Of a stretch of 47,664 nt of DNA, positions 8,721-18,624 are shown in pieces (position 1 is the stretch's first letter; every line of letters starts with the position of its first letter). The position numbers and the translations under genes are program-made. The notes below the pieces were generated by a model that made no database searches, was not told the origin of the DNA, and saw nothing but the letters and a program-made list of their open reading frames with translations. The stretch is from a virus (lineage: Duplodnaviria > Heunggongvirae > Uroviricota > Caudoviricetes), in IMG/VR virus record IMGVR_UViG_2639762844_000003. The stretch is one strand, 5' to 3'.

Positions 8721-8799
8721 GTTACAATACAATCACTATGCTAATGCGCATTGATATGTGATATAACAATAATCAACCGTTCAAAAAGGAGCATTTATA

Positions 8800-9821
8800 T
8801 GAGCAGGATGATAATTGATACAAATATTCTTTACTCACTAGTTGGTCTGTCGACAAACCAAAAAATAATTAACTCCCCTATAGATCAATTCAAATTATCC
8901 ATTACGACACCATCACTCATAGAAGTGATCTCTAAATATTGCAATGACTTAGGGGCTGTAAAAAAATGCATTAGCCCAATCATAAACGGAAATATTGAAC
9001 TAATTAGCATTGGTCATACTCCAATCTCAAATGAATTTCTTTATAGGTTGCATTTTTCAGACAAAATAGACGAAGTAAAAGATATTATTGATAATGTTAG
9101 AGCACTAAAAATATCTAGAGAGGCTGAGTTTTATAGGTTCATACTCATACTGGTTGTCTCTGGTTTGTTTGAGGTTATTAGAGAAGATGGATACAAGTTT
9201 GATAACGATGTACAAAATCAAAGTCAACTTAGTCTTGTGCAGACTCTACTTGAATCTAATATGGAATTAATTTTAGACTTCTTTAAAGATGAGTTGCGGA
9301 ATGGATATATTAATGGAAATGAGCAGCAATCAGCTTTGAAAGCTTTTGAAACCATGCTTATCGGACTCCTACATGCTTTTCATGTCAACTATCATATGAT
9401 TAAAACTGACACAGTTAACATTTCCGGAAGCCAAGACAGACTCAAAAATCTGTATGATAGTATAAAAAATGATAATTTTGATAAAAAGTTTAAAAAATAT
9501 ATGGAGAATCCAATATCCCTTGCCTGCAAAAAAAAACACGAATCAGTAGTTGATAACTACCTGAAAGAAATGGAGGAGGGGATTTCTGGCGCTCGTGGGC
9601 TTACTAAGAATTCGTTGAGCTTTCTAATGAGCAAGGTTGAGGATGCATATAAAAATGGTCGTAAATTACGAAAAAATGACATATTTGACTTTCTAATAGT
9701 TATTTCTCTAAATATGCCAGACACTTTGATTTTAACACTTGATAAAGGTTTTTTAAAAGACCTTAAAGATCTTCACCCTAACAGCTATAAAAAGTGTCTG
9801 GATTTCGGTTTTGTAAATTAA
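8800..9821 (+). CDS. AT-rich cargo protein, 340 aa, unknown function; N-terminus weakly PIN-like
   Basis: AAGGAG Shine-Dalgarno then ATG at 8800; strongly AT-biased I/N/K/D-rich codon usage unlike the prophage backbone; N-terminal MIIDTNILYSLVG resembles a PIN first strand with its acidic residue; no other motif recognised. Confidence 0.6.
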
Positions 9822-10403
9822 AAATATATTGATGTAAAATAAAACGCACCCACATTTAACTTAGCTAGACTATATCCTTCAATTATTCTATCTGCTTTTT
9901 GTTAAATGTGGGGTTGCAGATGTTACGAGTCAATTAAATTTGCAAGTCAGGTAGAATTGATAAGAATTGCAATACGAATCCGTGAACATTAATGCTAACG
10001 CTAAGTATACGAAAGATATTGTAAATATACTTCTTTTTTTGTTTTTAAGTTCTTTTATTTGACAGTAGTTCCATCATTCAATTGCGTATTATCTTCCAAT
10101 GCCAGTGACACTCCCTCATTATGAGAGGATTGTGGTAATCAAAAGAAAAATTAATATCACGCCAAGAATATTCGAAACCAACCCTATGGTGTTAAGTCCT
10201 GGTGATGTCATTTAGTTTGCTCTAGGTTTATTATTCAGAAAGCAAAGAATATTCGTTAAATTATTATGTTAGCTTTAATTATTAAAAAACATGTTAATTA
10301 TCATCAAATGAGCACTTATCATCATTTTAGTCAAAGAGGTAGTGAGTATTCATTCTGGATCATAACTGCCTTCCTGTTTACGCTAGTGTTTTTTAAAGTC
10401 GAT

Positions 10404-10427
10404 GTCCGCTCATCGCTCAAAGCGGAC
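10404..10427. repeat. Hairpin GTCCGCT-N10-AGCGGAC at the right edge of the AT-rich island
   Basis: Same stem sequence as the 8697-8720 hairpin; the hok locus begins just downstream. Confidence 0.5.
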
Positions 10428-10892
10428 TAGAAGGTTAGCTTGTGTCGGACTTTGCGTATTAAATGACTAGTGGTTGAGCCCCATTTCCACAGAAAAAATC
10501 AGAGAAACTATACCCAATAGTTGTATTGAATCACTGACGAGACAGCCTCATATTCATCAGGACTGGTGTACGTCCAATACAGGAGGTTGTGGTGCTGGTT
10601 CTCAAATGTGCGCTGGCTATTACGGCTGTAATGGCGATTTATTGTCTTGCTATTGTTCTTATGGATCGCCTTTCTGACTGATTTCACATTGGCGAGGTAA
10701 CGGTAGTTAAGTAGAATGGCTGCGGGTGCTTGAGGCTATCTGCCTCGGGCATGAACACCAACGGCAGATAGAGAAAAGCCCCAGTTAACATTACGCGTCC
10801 TGCAAGACGCTTAACATTAATCTGAGGCCAATTTCATGCTAGACACATGTAGGTTAGCCTCTTACGTGCCGAAAGGCAAGGAGAAGCAGGCT

Positions 10893-11048
10893 ATGAAGCA
10901 GCAAAAGGCGATGTTAATCGCCCTGATCGTCATCTGTTTAACCGTCATAGTGACGGCACTGGTAACGAGGAAAGACCTCTGCGAGGTACGAATCCGAACC
11001 GGGCAGACGGAGGTCGCTGTCTTCACAGCTTACGAACCTGAGGAGTAA
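10893..11048 (+). CDS. hok: Hok/Gef-family type I toxin (membrane-depolarising peptide)
   Basis: 51-aa product MKQQKAMLIALIVICLTVIVTALVTRKDLCEVRIRTGQTEVAVFTAYEPEE, near-identical in pattern to Gef/HokC; in-frame upstream ATG at 10836 is mok-like. Confidence 0.8.
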   Translation: MKQQKAMLIALIVICLTVIVTALVTRKDLCEVRIRTGQTEVAVFTAYEPEE

Positions 11049-11117
11049 GAGACCCGGCGAGGGAGAAATCCCTCGCCACCTCTGATGTGGCAGGCATCCT
11101 CAACGCACCCGCACTTA

Positions 11118-11148
11118 ACCCGCTTCGGCGGGTTTTTGTTTTTATTTT
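11118..11148 (+). terminator. Rho-independent terminator after hok
   Basis: CCCGC-TTCG-GCGGG hairpin followed by a long T-run. Confidence 0.7.
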
Positions 11149-11264
11149 CAACGCGTTTGAAGTTCTGGACGGTGCCGGAATAGAATCAAAAATACTTAAG
11201 TAGCGCGCAGGGATAAGAGGGATGGTCCCTTAAAGGGGAGAGCTAATTATCCGGAAGGATTCTG

Positions 11265-11516
11265 ATGATGAACATCGAAGAACTGCGTAAAATTTTTTGT
11301 GAAGATGGCCTCTATGCGGTGTGCGTTGAAAATGGAAATCTTGTTAGTCATTACCGCATTATGTGTTTGCGAAAGAATGGGGCTGCGTTAATTAATTTTG
11401 TGGATGGTCGAGTGACAGACGGATTTATCTTGCGCGAAGGTGAGTTTGTCACTTCATTACAGGCACTGAAAGAGATCGGAATAAAAGCAGGCTTTTCAGC
11501 TTTTGCAGAAGAATAA
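11265..11516 (+). CDS. rem: Rem-like small protein (83 aa)
   Basis: 83-aa ORF next to hok, matching the size and position of Qin rem. Confidence 0.5.
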   Translation: MMNIEELRKIFCEDGLYAVCVENGNLVSHYRIMCLRKNGAALINFVDGRVTDGFILREGEFVTSLQALKEIGIKAGFSAFAEE

Positions 11517-11582
11517 ACTCATCTACAATCTTGCGCGGGGCTGAACTCCCGCTGAGTAACACCGTGCCACCGGAGAAAACCG

Positions 11583-11861
11583 ATGGCACGCAACGTAAAA
11601 TATTACAATTCTGATAATTCGCCCGTTCTTGCCTGCACGCACGAGCGGTATTCTCACGCATTCAAGTCTGAATGGTTCCAACACCCTCCATGCACTGAAG
11701 AGCAGGCTGAATGGATAATTCAGTGTTACCGCAGGCGCGGATACGAGGTTAAGAAAGCCCTTAGTCTCGACTACCGTCACTGGATAATCTCAGTCAGATT
11801 GCCTTACTCCGAACGCCCACCACGTGCGTCCCGCACTTTCCAGCAACGGATCTGGAGGTAA
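11583..11861 (+). CDS. Hypothetical protein
   Basis: 92-aa ORF, ATG with GGAG upstream; its stop overlaps the Shine-Dalgarno of the next gene. Confidence 0.5.
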   Translation: MARNVKYYNSDNSPVLACTHERYSHAFKSEWFQHPPCTEEQAEWIIQCYRRRGYEVKKALSLDYRHWIISVRLPYSERPPRASRTFQQRIWR

Positions 11862-11862
11862 C

Positions 11863-12912
11863 GTGCGGGTATTACTTAGACCTGTTCTGGTGCCTGAGCT
11901 TGGGCTGGTGGTCCTTAAGCCGGGCCGTGAATCCATACAGATATTTCATAATCCTCGAGTGCTGGTGGAACCGGAACCAAAAAGCATGCGTAATCTGCCA
12001 TCCGGAGTCGTTCCTGCCGTTGGCCAGCCGCTGGCGGAAGACAAAACATTGCTGCCGTTTTTTAGTAACGCACGGGTAATTCGTGCTGCTGGTGGTGCTG
12101 GTGCATTGTCTGACTGGCTGTTGCGCCATATTAAATCCTGCCAGTGGCCACACGGCGATTATCATCACAGCGAAACCGTTATTCACCGTTATGGTACCGG
12201 CGCAATGGTGTTGTGCTGGCACTGCGACAACCAGCTGCGTGACCAGACATCCGAATCACTCGAGCAACTTGCTCATCAAAATCTGTCAGCATGGATGATT
12301 GACGTCATCGGTCACGCAATAAGCGGTACGCAGGAGCGTGAATTATCTCTGGCTGAATTATCCTGGTGGGCGGTCCGCAATCAGGTGGCGGACGCGCTAC
12401 CGGAAGCGGTATTACGTCGTTCGCTGGGGTTGCGTGCGGAAAAAATCCGCTCAATGTACCGTGAAAGCGACATCGTACCGGGAGAGCAGACCGCCACCAG
12501 CATACTGAAACAGCGCACAAAAAATCTTGCGCCGCTGCCTCACGCCCACCAGCAACAGAACCCACCACAGGAAAAGACGGTGGTCAGCATTGCCGTTGAT
12601 CCTGAGTCTCCGGAATCTTTCATGAAACGACCTAAACGTCGCCGCTGGGTTAACGAGAAATACACACGCTGGGTGAAGACACAGCCGTGTGCGTGTTGTG
12701 GTAAGCCAGCCGACGATCCCCATCACCTGATTGGTCATGGTCAGGGCGGAATGGGGACAAAATCTCACGATATTTTCACGCTACCGCTGTGTCGGGAGCA
12801 TCACAACGAGCTTCATGCGGATCCTCTGGCGTTCGAAGAAAAGCATGGTTCTCAGGTTGATTTAATTTTTCGTTTTCTTGATCACGCCTTTGCAACTGGC
12901 GTGCTTGGGTAA
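11863..12912 (+). CDS. ydfU: DUF968 (YdfU-like) protein with C-terminal HNH-like Cys/His motif
   Basis: GGAGG then GTG at 11863 gives a 349-aa product; C-terminal CACCGKPADDPHHL...CREHHNELH motif; nin-region position. Confidence 0.75.
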   Translation: MRVLLRPVLVPELGLVVLKPGRESIQIFHNPRVLVEPEPKSMRNLPSGVVPAVGQPLAEDKTLLPFFSNARVIRAAGGAGALSDWLLRHIKSCQWPHGDYHHSETVIHRYGTGAMVLCWHCDNQLRDQTSESLEQLAHQNLSAWMIDVIGHAISGTQERELSLAELSWWAVRNQVADALPEAVLRRSLGLRAEKIRSMYRESDIVPGEQTATSILKQRTKNLAPLPHAHQQQNPPQEKTVVSIAVDPESPESFMKRPKRRRWVNEKYTRWVKTQPCACCGKPADDPHHLIGHGQGGMGTKSHDIFTLPLCREHHNELHADPLAFEEKHGSQVDLIFRFLDHAFATGVLG

Positions 12913-12924
12913 AAGAGGTGAGTG

Positions 12925-13299
12925 ATGCTCATAGATTTGGTTTTACCTTACCCGCCGACGGTGAACACTTACTGGCGACGCCGTGGCAGCACATATTTTA
13001 TCTCGGAGGAGGGAAAGCGTTATCGCCGGGCTGTGGCGCTTATTGTTCGCCAGCAGCGGCTGAAATTAAGCCTGTCCGGAAGGCTGGCGATAAAGGTGAT
13101 TGCAGAGCCACCGGATAAGCGTCGTCGCGACCTGGACAATATCCTGAAAGCACCGCTGGATGCGCTGACGCATGCGGGAGTGTTAATGGACGATGAGCAG
13201 TTTGATGAAATCAATATCGTTCGTGGTCAGCCAGTATCTGGTGGACGTCTGGGGGTGAAGATTTACCCCATAATGCATGAAGAGCAGGTCAAAAAATGA
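12925..13299 (+). CDS. rusA: RusA Holliday-junction resolvase
   Basis: 124-aa product with ..DKRRRDLDNILKAPLDALTHAGVLMDDEQ.. closely paralleling E. coli RusA; AAGAGGTG Shine-Dalgarno. Confidence 0.85.
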   Translation: MLIDLVLPYPPTVNTYWRRRGSTYFISEEGKRYRRAVALIVRQQRLKLSLSGRLAIKVIAEPPDKRRRDLDNILKAPLDALTHAGVLMDDEQFDEINIVRGQPVSGGRLGVKIYPIMHEEQVKK

Positions 13300-14117
13300 A
13301 ACTGGAAGATTTACCGAAATACTACTCCCCAAAATCCCCTTGCCTGACCGATGCATCGGCCTCAACGTCAAAAGATGCGCTGAGTATCACTGATGTGATG
13401 GCCGCGCAGGGCATGACACAGAATCGGGCTGAGATGGGGTTTTCTGCGTTCCTGGGGAAAATGGGCATCAGTATGAATGACAGGGCGCGGGCAACAGAAT
13501 TACTGGCAGATTATGCACTCAGTCGGTGCGATCGTGTGGCGGCGTTGAGAAAACTTCCGGTAGAAATAAAACCGTTAGTGATGCGCATTATGGCTTCGTA
13601 CGCTTTTGAGGATTATGCCCGCAGCGCAGCGAGTAAAAAGCAGTGCCCTTGTTGCTATGGGGAAAAATTTATTGAAAGCGTAGTTTTTACAAACAAGGTC
13701 CAGTATCCGGATGGTAAGCCGCCGGTATGGGCAAAGTGTACGAAAGGTGTGTATCCGTCTTACTGGGAAGAATGGAAAAAAGTCAGGGAGGTGGTAAAAG
13801 TTGCCTGTCCGGAGTGTGGCGGAAAGGGTGAGGTTTCCACCGTCTGTAAGGATTGCCGTGGGCGTGGTGTCGCCATTCACCGTGAAGAGTCGGTAAAACG
13901 TGGTATGCCTGTTATCAGAGACTGCCAGCGTTGTGGTGGTCGTGGCTATGAAAGACTACCATCAACGGAGGCATTTAATGCTATATGCGAGGTGACAAAC
14001 CAGATAACACGCGCGTCATGGGAAAAAACAGTTAAGAAATTCTATGATGCGCTGGTGACCCGGTTTGATATTGAAGAAGCATGGGCTGAGCGGCAGTTAA
14101 AAAAGGTAACTAGGTAA
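13296..14117 (+). CDS. Late antiterminator Q (Cys-rich zinc-binding type)
   Basis: 273-aa ORF with several CxxC pairs, start overlapping the rusA stop (ATGA), immediately upstream of a promoter-terminator pair. Confidence 0.8.
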   Translation: MKLEDLPKYYSPKSPCLTDASASTSKDALSITDVMAAQGMTQNRAEMGFSAFLGKMGISMNDRARATELLADYALSRCDRVAALRKLPVEIKPLVMRIMASYAFEDYARSAASKKQCPCCYGEKFIESVVFTNKVQYPDGKPPVWAKCTKGVYPSYWEEWKKVREVVKVACPECGGKGEVSTVCKDCRGRGVAIHREESVKRGMPVIRDCQRCGGRGYERLPSTEAFNAICEVTNQITRASWEKTVKKFYDALVTRFDIEEAWAERQLKKVTR

Positions 14118-14121
14118 CAAG

Positions 14122-14149
14122 GTTGATTTTTCCGGAATCTGTGGTAAAT
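14122..14149 (+). promoter_or_regulatory. Candidate late promoter pR' (Q utilisation region)
   Basis: -35 TTGATT, 16-nt spacer, -10 TAAATT just after the Q stop. Confidence 0.5.
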
Positions 14150-14199
14150 TCGTCATAACGATGGGCTTTTTATACCTGACGTTAGAAGAGTTTCTACAA

Positions 14200-14222
14200 C
14201 CCGCCACCGAGCGGGTTTTTTA
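14200..14222 (+). terminator. tR'-like rho-independent terminator
   Basis: CCCGC-CACCGA-GCGGG hairpin plus TTTTTTAT, about 50 nt downstream of the candidate pR'. Confidence 0.65.
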
Positions 14223-14260
14223 TTGCGGAATTAATTACGGACCGTTATTATTCTGCTCCC

Positions 14261-14336
14261 GGTCCTTTAGCTCAGTGGTGAGAGCGAGCGACTCATAATC
14301 GCCAGGTCGCTGGTTCAAATCCAGCAAGGGCCACCA
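14261..14336 (+). tRNA. tRNA with CAU anticodon (Met, or Ile2 ileZ-like)
   Basis: Cloverleaf read by hand: 7-bp acceptor stem, GCTCAGTGG D-arm, CAU anticodon loop, GGTTCAAATCC T-arm, 3' ACCA. Confidence 0.85.
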
Positions 14337-14441
14337 TCACAAACCGCCATGAGCTTATCAGGAAGAGCAGACGACACGATAACAGGGTTGTTGGTGCGGG
14401 GGGGGGGCGGGTCCCCGATGGCGGTCCATTATCGGTATTCA

Positions 14442-14518
14442 GCGTTGTTAGCTCAGCCGGACAGAGCAATTGCCTTCTAAGCAATCGGTCACTGGTTCGA
14501 ATCCAGTACAGCGCGCCA
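14442..14518 (+). tRNA. tRNA-Arg (UCU anticodon)
   Basis: Acceptor GCGTTGT/ACAGCGC, D-arm GCTCAGCCGGACAGAGC, anticodon stem ATTGC/GCAAT with loop CTTCTAA, T-arm GGTTCGAATCC, 3' GCCA. Confidence 0.85.
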
Positions 14519-14628
14519 TATTCATTCTTCCAGATTCCTTCCGGCAGAGCCTTATACTGGAATATACCTGGCTCAGGATATTGTTGAAAATATTATATGT
14601 TTGTCAAAAATAAAAGTTCTGTTAAGTA

Positions 14629-14982
14629 TTGATTGAGTGTTTGTTATACGGTCTAATGGTTTTTTCAGCATTAAATATTTATCATTCATATGGTGTGGGT
14701 AGAGTGAATATTGATGAGGCGTCGGGGTGTTTCATCCTTAGGCAGCGTATTGATATAGTCAATGCAGCACGAGCAAAGGCCTTCAGCCGTTTGACAGTTT
14801 TGTTCTGTGCTCCTGATCGTCTTTCGGGAAGAGACGTTATTATTCTGAATAGTGATGCTATACAGAGGGTTTGCGATGAGTTCATGGTTGCTAATTCAGA
14901 ATTATTTGCTCTTGTTCAGGAGTACAACAGAATAGCCAGGACCTGTGGTATGGATGAACTTCGGATTACTCATCTGGGGTAG
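14629..14982 (+). CDS. Hypothetical protein (weak call)
   Basis: 117-aa ORF with GTG start and no clear Shine-Dalgarno. Confidence 0.3.
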   Translation: MIECLLYGLMVFSALNIYHSYGVGRVNIDEASGCFILRQRIDIVNAARAKAFSRLTVLFCAPDRLSGRDVIILNSDAIQRVCDEFMVANSELFALVQEYNRIARTCGMDELRITHLG

Positions 14983-15456
14983 ATACATATCTGGATTATC
15001 ACCTGTTACGGTAAAAAGTGATTGCTTACTGTTTTTGTGAATGGCATTGCAGCAGCCGGATAATGTCAGTGCTGGCTGACGGTGTGCTGGTGGCGGGTGT
15101 GGTGGTTGTTGCTTTCCCGTTGCTGAAAAAGAAAACGCCAGACTGTTAGCCGGGTATCAGTTAGCGGGAGAAATTTTTAAATACTTCACAATTCAGGCGG
15201 TTGACTGTTCTCTGGTTTGCGGGGAGTTTGTTAAAAGAAACTGGCATGGTGAATCCCCCTGTGCGGAGGGGCAATCAGCGAGTAGGTATATGGGATAATC
15301 GCGGATTCAGGTGCTGGTACTGAATTCACCGGGAGGCACCCGGCACCATGCACTTCAATAGATTCTCTCCACATTATGGATATTCTTTCAGAATATCCCA
15401 CGCAGACTTTGTGTAAATGTTAACAAATGTGCGTTTTATTTGATCTGATTCGCTGT

Positions 15457-15486
15457 TTGAGCGTCCAAAACAACGGTATATATAAT
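15457..15486 (+). promoter_or_regulatory. Sigma70-like promoter upstream of the first TolA-like lipoprotein gene
   Basis: -35 TTGAGC (15457-15462), 18-nt spacer, consensus -10 TATAAT (15481-15486); GAGGA Shine-Dalgarno and ATG follow. Confidence 0.5.
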
Positions 15487-15515
15487 CCTTTACTATATGA
15501 CATATGTGAGGAAAA

Positions 15516-15944
15516 ATGGGTTTTCGTAGCGCATCAATTCTTACGTTGATTATTAGTGGGATTATTATCGGGTGCACTGATGCTGTATCGACAAATTATC
15601 ATGACCGTACATCATATTACTCCGATAAAGCAATAGAGACACAGTATGTGAGTTCATCTGAACGTACTTCTGATGTTAGTGAGGATATCCGTCTGTATGC
15701 CCATCAAATCAAGAGCGCCATCGAAAAACAGTTCGGGGATGCGAGTAAGTATTCAGGAAAAGAGTGTACACTGAGAATGCATATGGCCCCGAATGGCCTT
15801 CTACTGGAGGTTAAAAGAGAAAGTGGAGACCTCGATTTATGTCGTGAAGCGATGAATGCGATAAAGAATGCTGATATACCTGCCCCCCCTTCGCCGGAAG
15901 TATATAAAGTATTTCAAAATGGGGTGCTGGATTTTAAACCCTGA
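15516..15944 (+). CDS. Lipoprotein with TolA C-terminal (domain III)-like domain
   Basis: Signal peptide with IIGC lipobox; C-terminal ~85 aa (HQIKSAIEKQFGDASKYSGKECTLRMHMAPNGLLLEV...LCREAMNAIKNADIPAPPSPEVYKVFQNGVLDFKP) align motif for motif with the recalled TolA C-terminus (..IKSAIESKFYDASSYAGKTCTLRIKLAPDGMLLDIK...LCQAALAAAKLAKIPKPPSQAVYEVFKNAPLDFKP). Confidence 0.8.
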   Translation: MGFRSASILTLIISGIIIGCTDAVSTNYHDRTSYYSDKAIETQYVSSSERTSDVSEDIRLYAHQIKSAIEKQFGDASKYSGKECTLRMHMAPNGLLLEVKRESGDLDLCREAMNAIKNADIPAPPSPEVYKVFQNGVLDFKP

Positions 15945-16094
15945 TATTTATTGTTTTGTAATAAACGGTTTCGGCTTAGGTTTGTTCTGACACAACTACG
16001 GCACTGAGCTAAATCTAGCGGATAGTCAGCTCTGAGCCAGTGGCGGACGTAACAACTACTATTGCTGAGATTTTAATGGATTGAGGAGCAAGAA

Positions 16095-16490
16095 GTGGGA
16101 TTAAAGAAAATCGTTATGTTGACTTTTTGGGTCAGTTTTGTTGCGGGATGCACACCTTTACACCCTTCAGATTGCCACAAAACTACTGCTACAGGTAGTT
16201 GCAGTTCAGGACGCTGGGATGATCAGGATGAATGGGGGGCGCAAGCGCGGGGAATCAGAGCTGCAATTAATGCCAAACTTGATGAGCCGCATAACTGGAA
16301 AGGGAAAAAATGCAGGTTGCATATGGAATTCTCTCAGGATGGCACGGCGTTAAAAATATCTACCAGTAACGGTGATAAAGCCTATTGCGAAGCGATAAAG
16401 TCCGCAGCTCATAAAGCCAAATTTCCGGCCTTCAACAATCCGGAAGTCTACAGAGATTTTCAGAAATCTGGCTTTGACATGCGAGGTTAG
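16095..16490 (+). CDS. Lipoprotein, diverged paralog of the TolA-domain lipoprotein
   Basis: GTG start after GAGGAG; VAGC lipobox; C-terminus KKCRLHMEFSQDGTALKIS...YCEAIKSAAHKAKFPAFNNPEVYRDFQKSGFDMRG keeps the same motif order as the upstream paralog. Confidence 0.75.
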   Translation: MGLKKIVMLTFWVSFVAGCTPLHPSDCHKTTATGSCSSGRWDDQDEWGAQARGIRAAINAKLDEPHNWKGKKCRLHMEFSQDGTALKISTSNGDKAYCEAIKSAAHKAKFPAFNNPEVYRDFQKSGFDMRG

Positions 16491-16741
16491 CTCTTCAATT
16501 ACTATATCTCATTCATAGCAAACTGACAGATTTGATGATGTTCTATATACGAAACCTGTGATGTCAAGTCTGAGCTAATACAAATAAACATAATATCAGA
16601 GAAATACATTTTATTAGCTCGCTACGGCGAGCTTTTTATATTGCATCGTCTCCAGCATATATATCAATTAAGGCTCTGATTGATGTGTCTGGAAGCCTAC
16701 ACATAATAACTATGCCATCCGTTCCGTGCGGAGGTGAGGCT

Positions 16742-16957
16742 ATGAAATCCATGGACAAAATTTCAACAGGCATTGCCTACGGCACCTCCGCAGGCAGTGC
16801 TGGCTACTGGTTTTTACAGCTGCTCGATAAAGTCACGCCCTCACAGTGGGCAGCAATAGGTGTGCTGGGTAGCCTGGTATTTGGCCTGCTGACGTACCTG
16901 ACAAACCTTTATTTCAAGATTAAAGAAGACAAGCGTAAGGCTGCACGGGGAGAGTAA
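16742..16957 (+). CDS. Phage-21-type pinholin (class II holin) with dual-start motif
   Basis: [71 protein letters not shown] closely matches recalled S21; two in-frame ATGs (MKSM) for antiholin and holin; GGAGGTGAGG Shine-Dalgarno. Confidence 0.85.
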   Translation: MKSMDKISTGIAYGTSAGSAGYWFLQLLDKVTPSQWAAIGVLGSLVFGLLTYLTNLYFKIKEDKRKAARGE

Positions 16958-16961
16958 TTCA

Positions 16962-17306
16962 ATGACTCAAAAATATGAACTGATTGTGAAAGGGATCCGC
17001 AATTTTGAGAATAAAGTTACGGTAACTTTAGCGTTACGGGACAAAGAACGCTTTGACGGTGAAATTTTTGACCTGGACATCTCGCTGGACCGTGTTGAAG
17101 GTGCCGCGCTGGAGTTTTATGAGGCAGCAGCCAGAAGGAGCATCAGACAGGTCTTCCTGGATGTTGCTGCCGGGTTATGTGAAGGGGATGAGCTGTCGCC
17201 GGAAAAGCGCCCCATAATTTTAGAGGCGCAGAATGTGTGGATAACCTACAAAGGAAAGCTACCGGGAAGAATTACTGGTTCTCTGAAGACTCCGCCGAAA
17301 TGGTAA
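16962..17306 (+). CDS. YdfR-like protein between holin and endolysin
   Basis: 114-aa ORF directly after the holin, as ydfR sits between essQ and rrrQ in Qin. Confidence 0.55.
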   Translation: MTQKYELIVKGIRNFENKVTVTLALRDKERFDGEIFDLDISLDRVEGAALEFYEAAARRSIRQVFLDVAAGLCEGDELSPEKRPIILEAQNVWITYKGKLPGRITGSLKTPPKW

Positions 17307-17476
17307 TTTCACCAGCATATTTTTCTTCCAGTAATACCGCCAGCCACTTGAAAGAATTTTGTTGTTGCTGGGACCATTTGGGGTTGAGTGATTCAAGCTG
17401 GAGCGATGCCAGTGTTGGTTGCATTTGTTCCTTGGGAATTGAGAATTGAAGTGGTCAACAAAAACTGGCCACCGAG

Positions 17477-18624
<1,148 letters not shown>

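Noticed and set aside
10474-10677. Cys-rich 67-aa ORF resembling a microcin-like peptide
   Set aside because: Starts with TTG, has no ATG or Shine-Dalgarno, and lies in the GC-rich structured leader of the hok locus.
14341-14441. Possible third tRNA between the two called tRNAs
   Set aside because: No GTTC-purine-A-TCC T-loop motif or acceptor-stem pairing could be found by eye.
14293-14484. Minus-strand 63-aa ORF
   Set aside because: Overlaps both tRNA genes; artefact of the structured tRNA sequence.
17237-17449. Plus-strand 70-aa ORF ending in the IS
   Set aside because: GTG start, no Shine-Dalgarno, odd composition (CCCW, Ser-rich); probably antisense to the more protein-like minus-strand ORF described in the findings.
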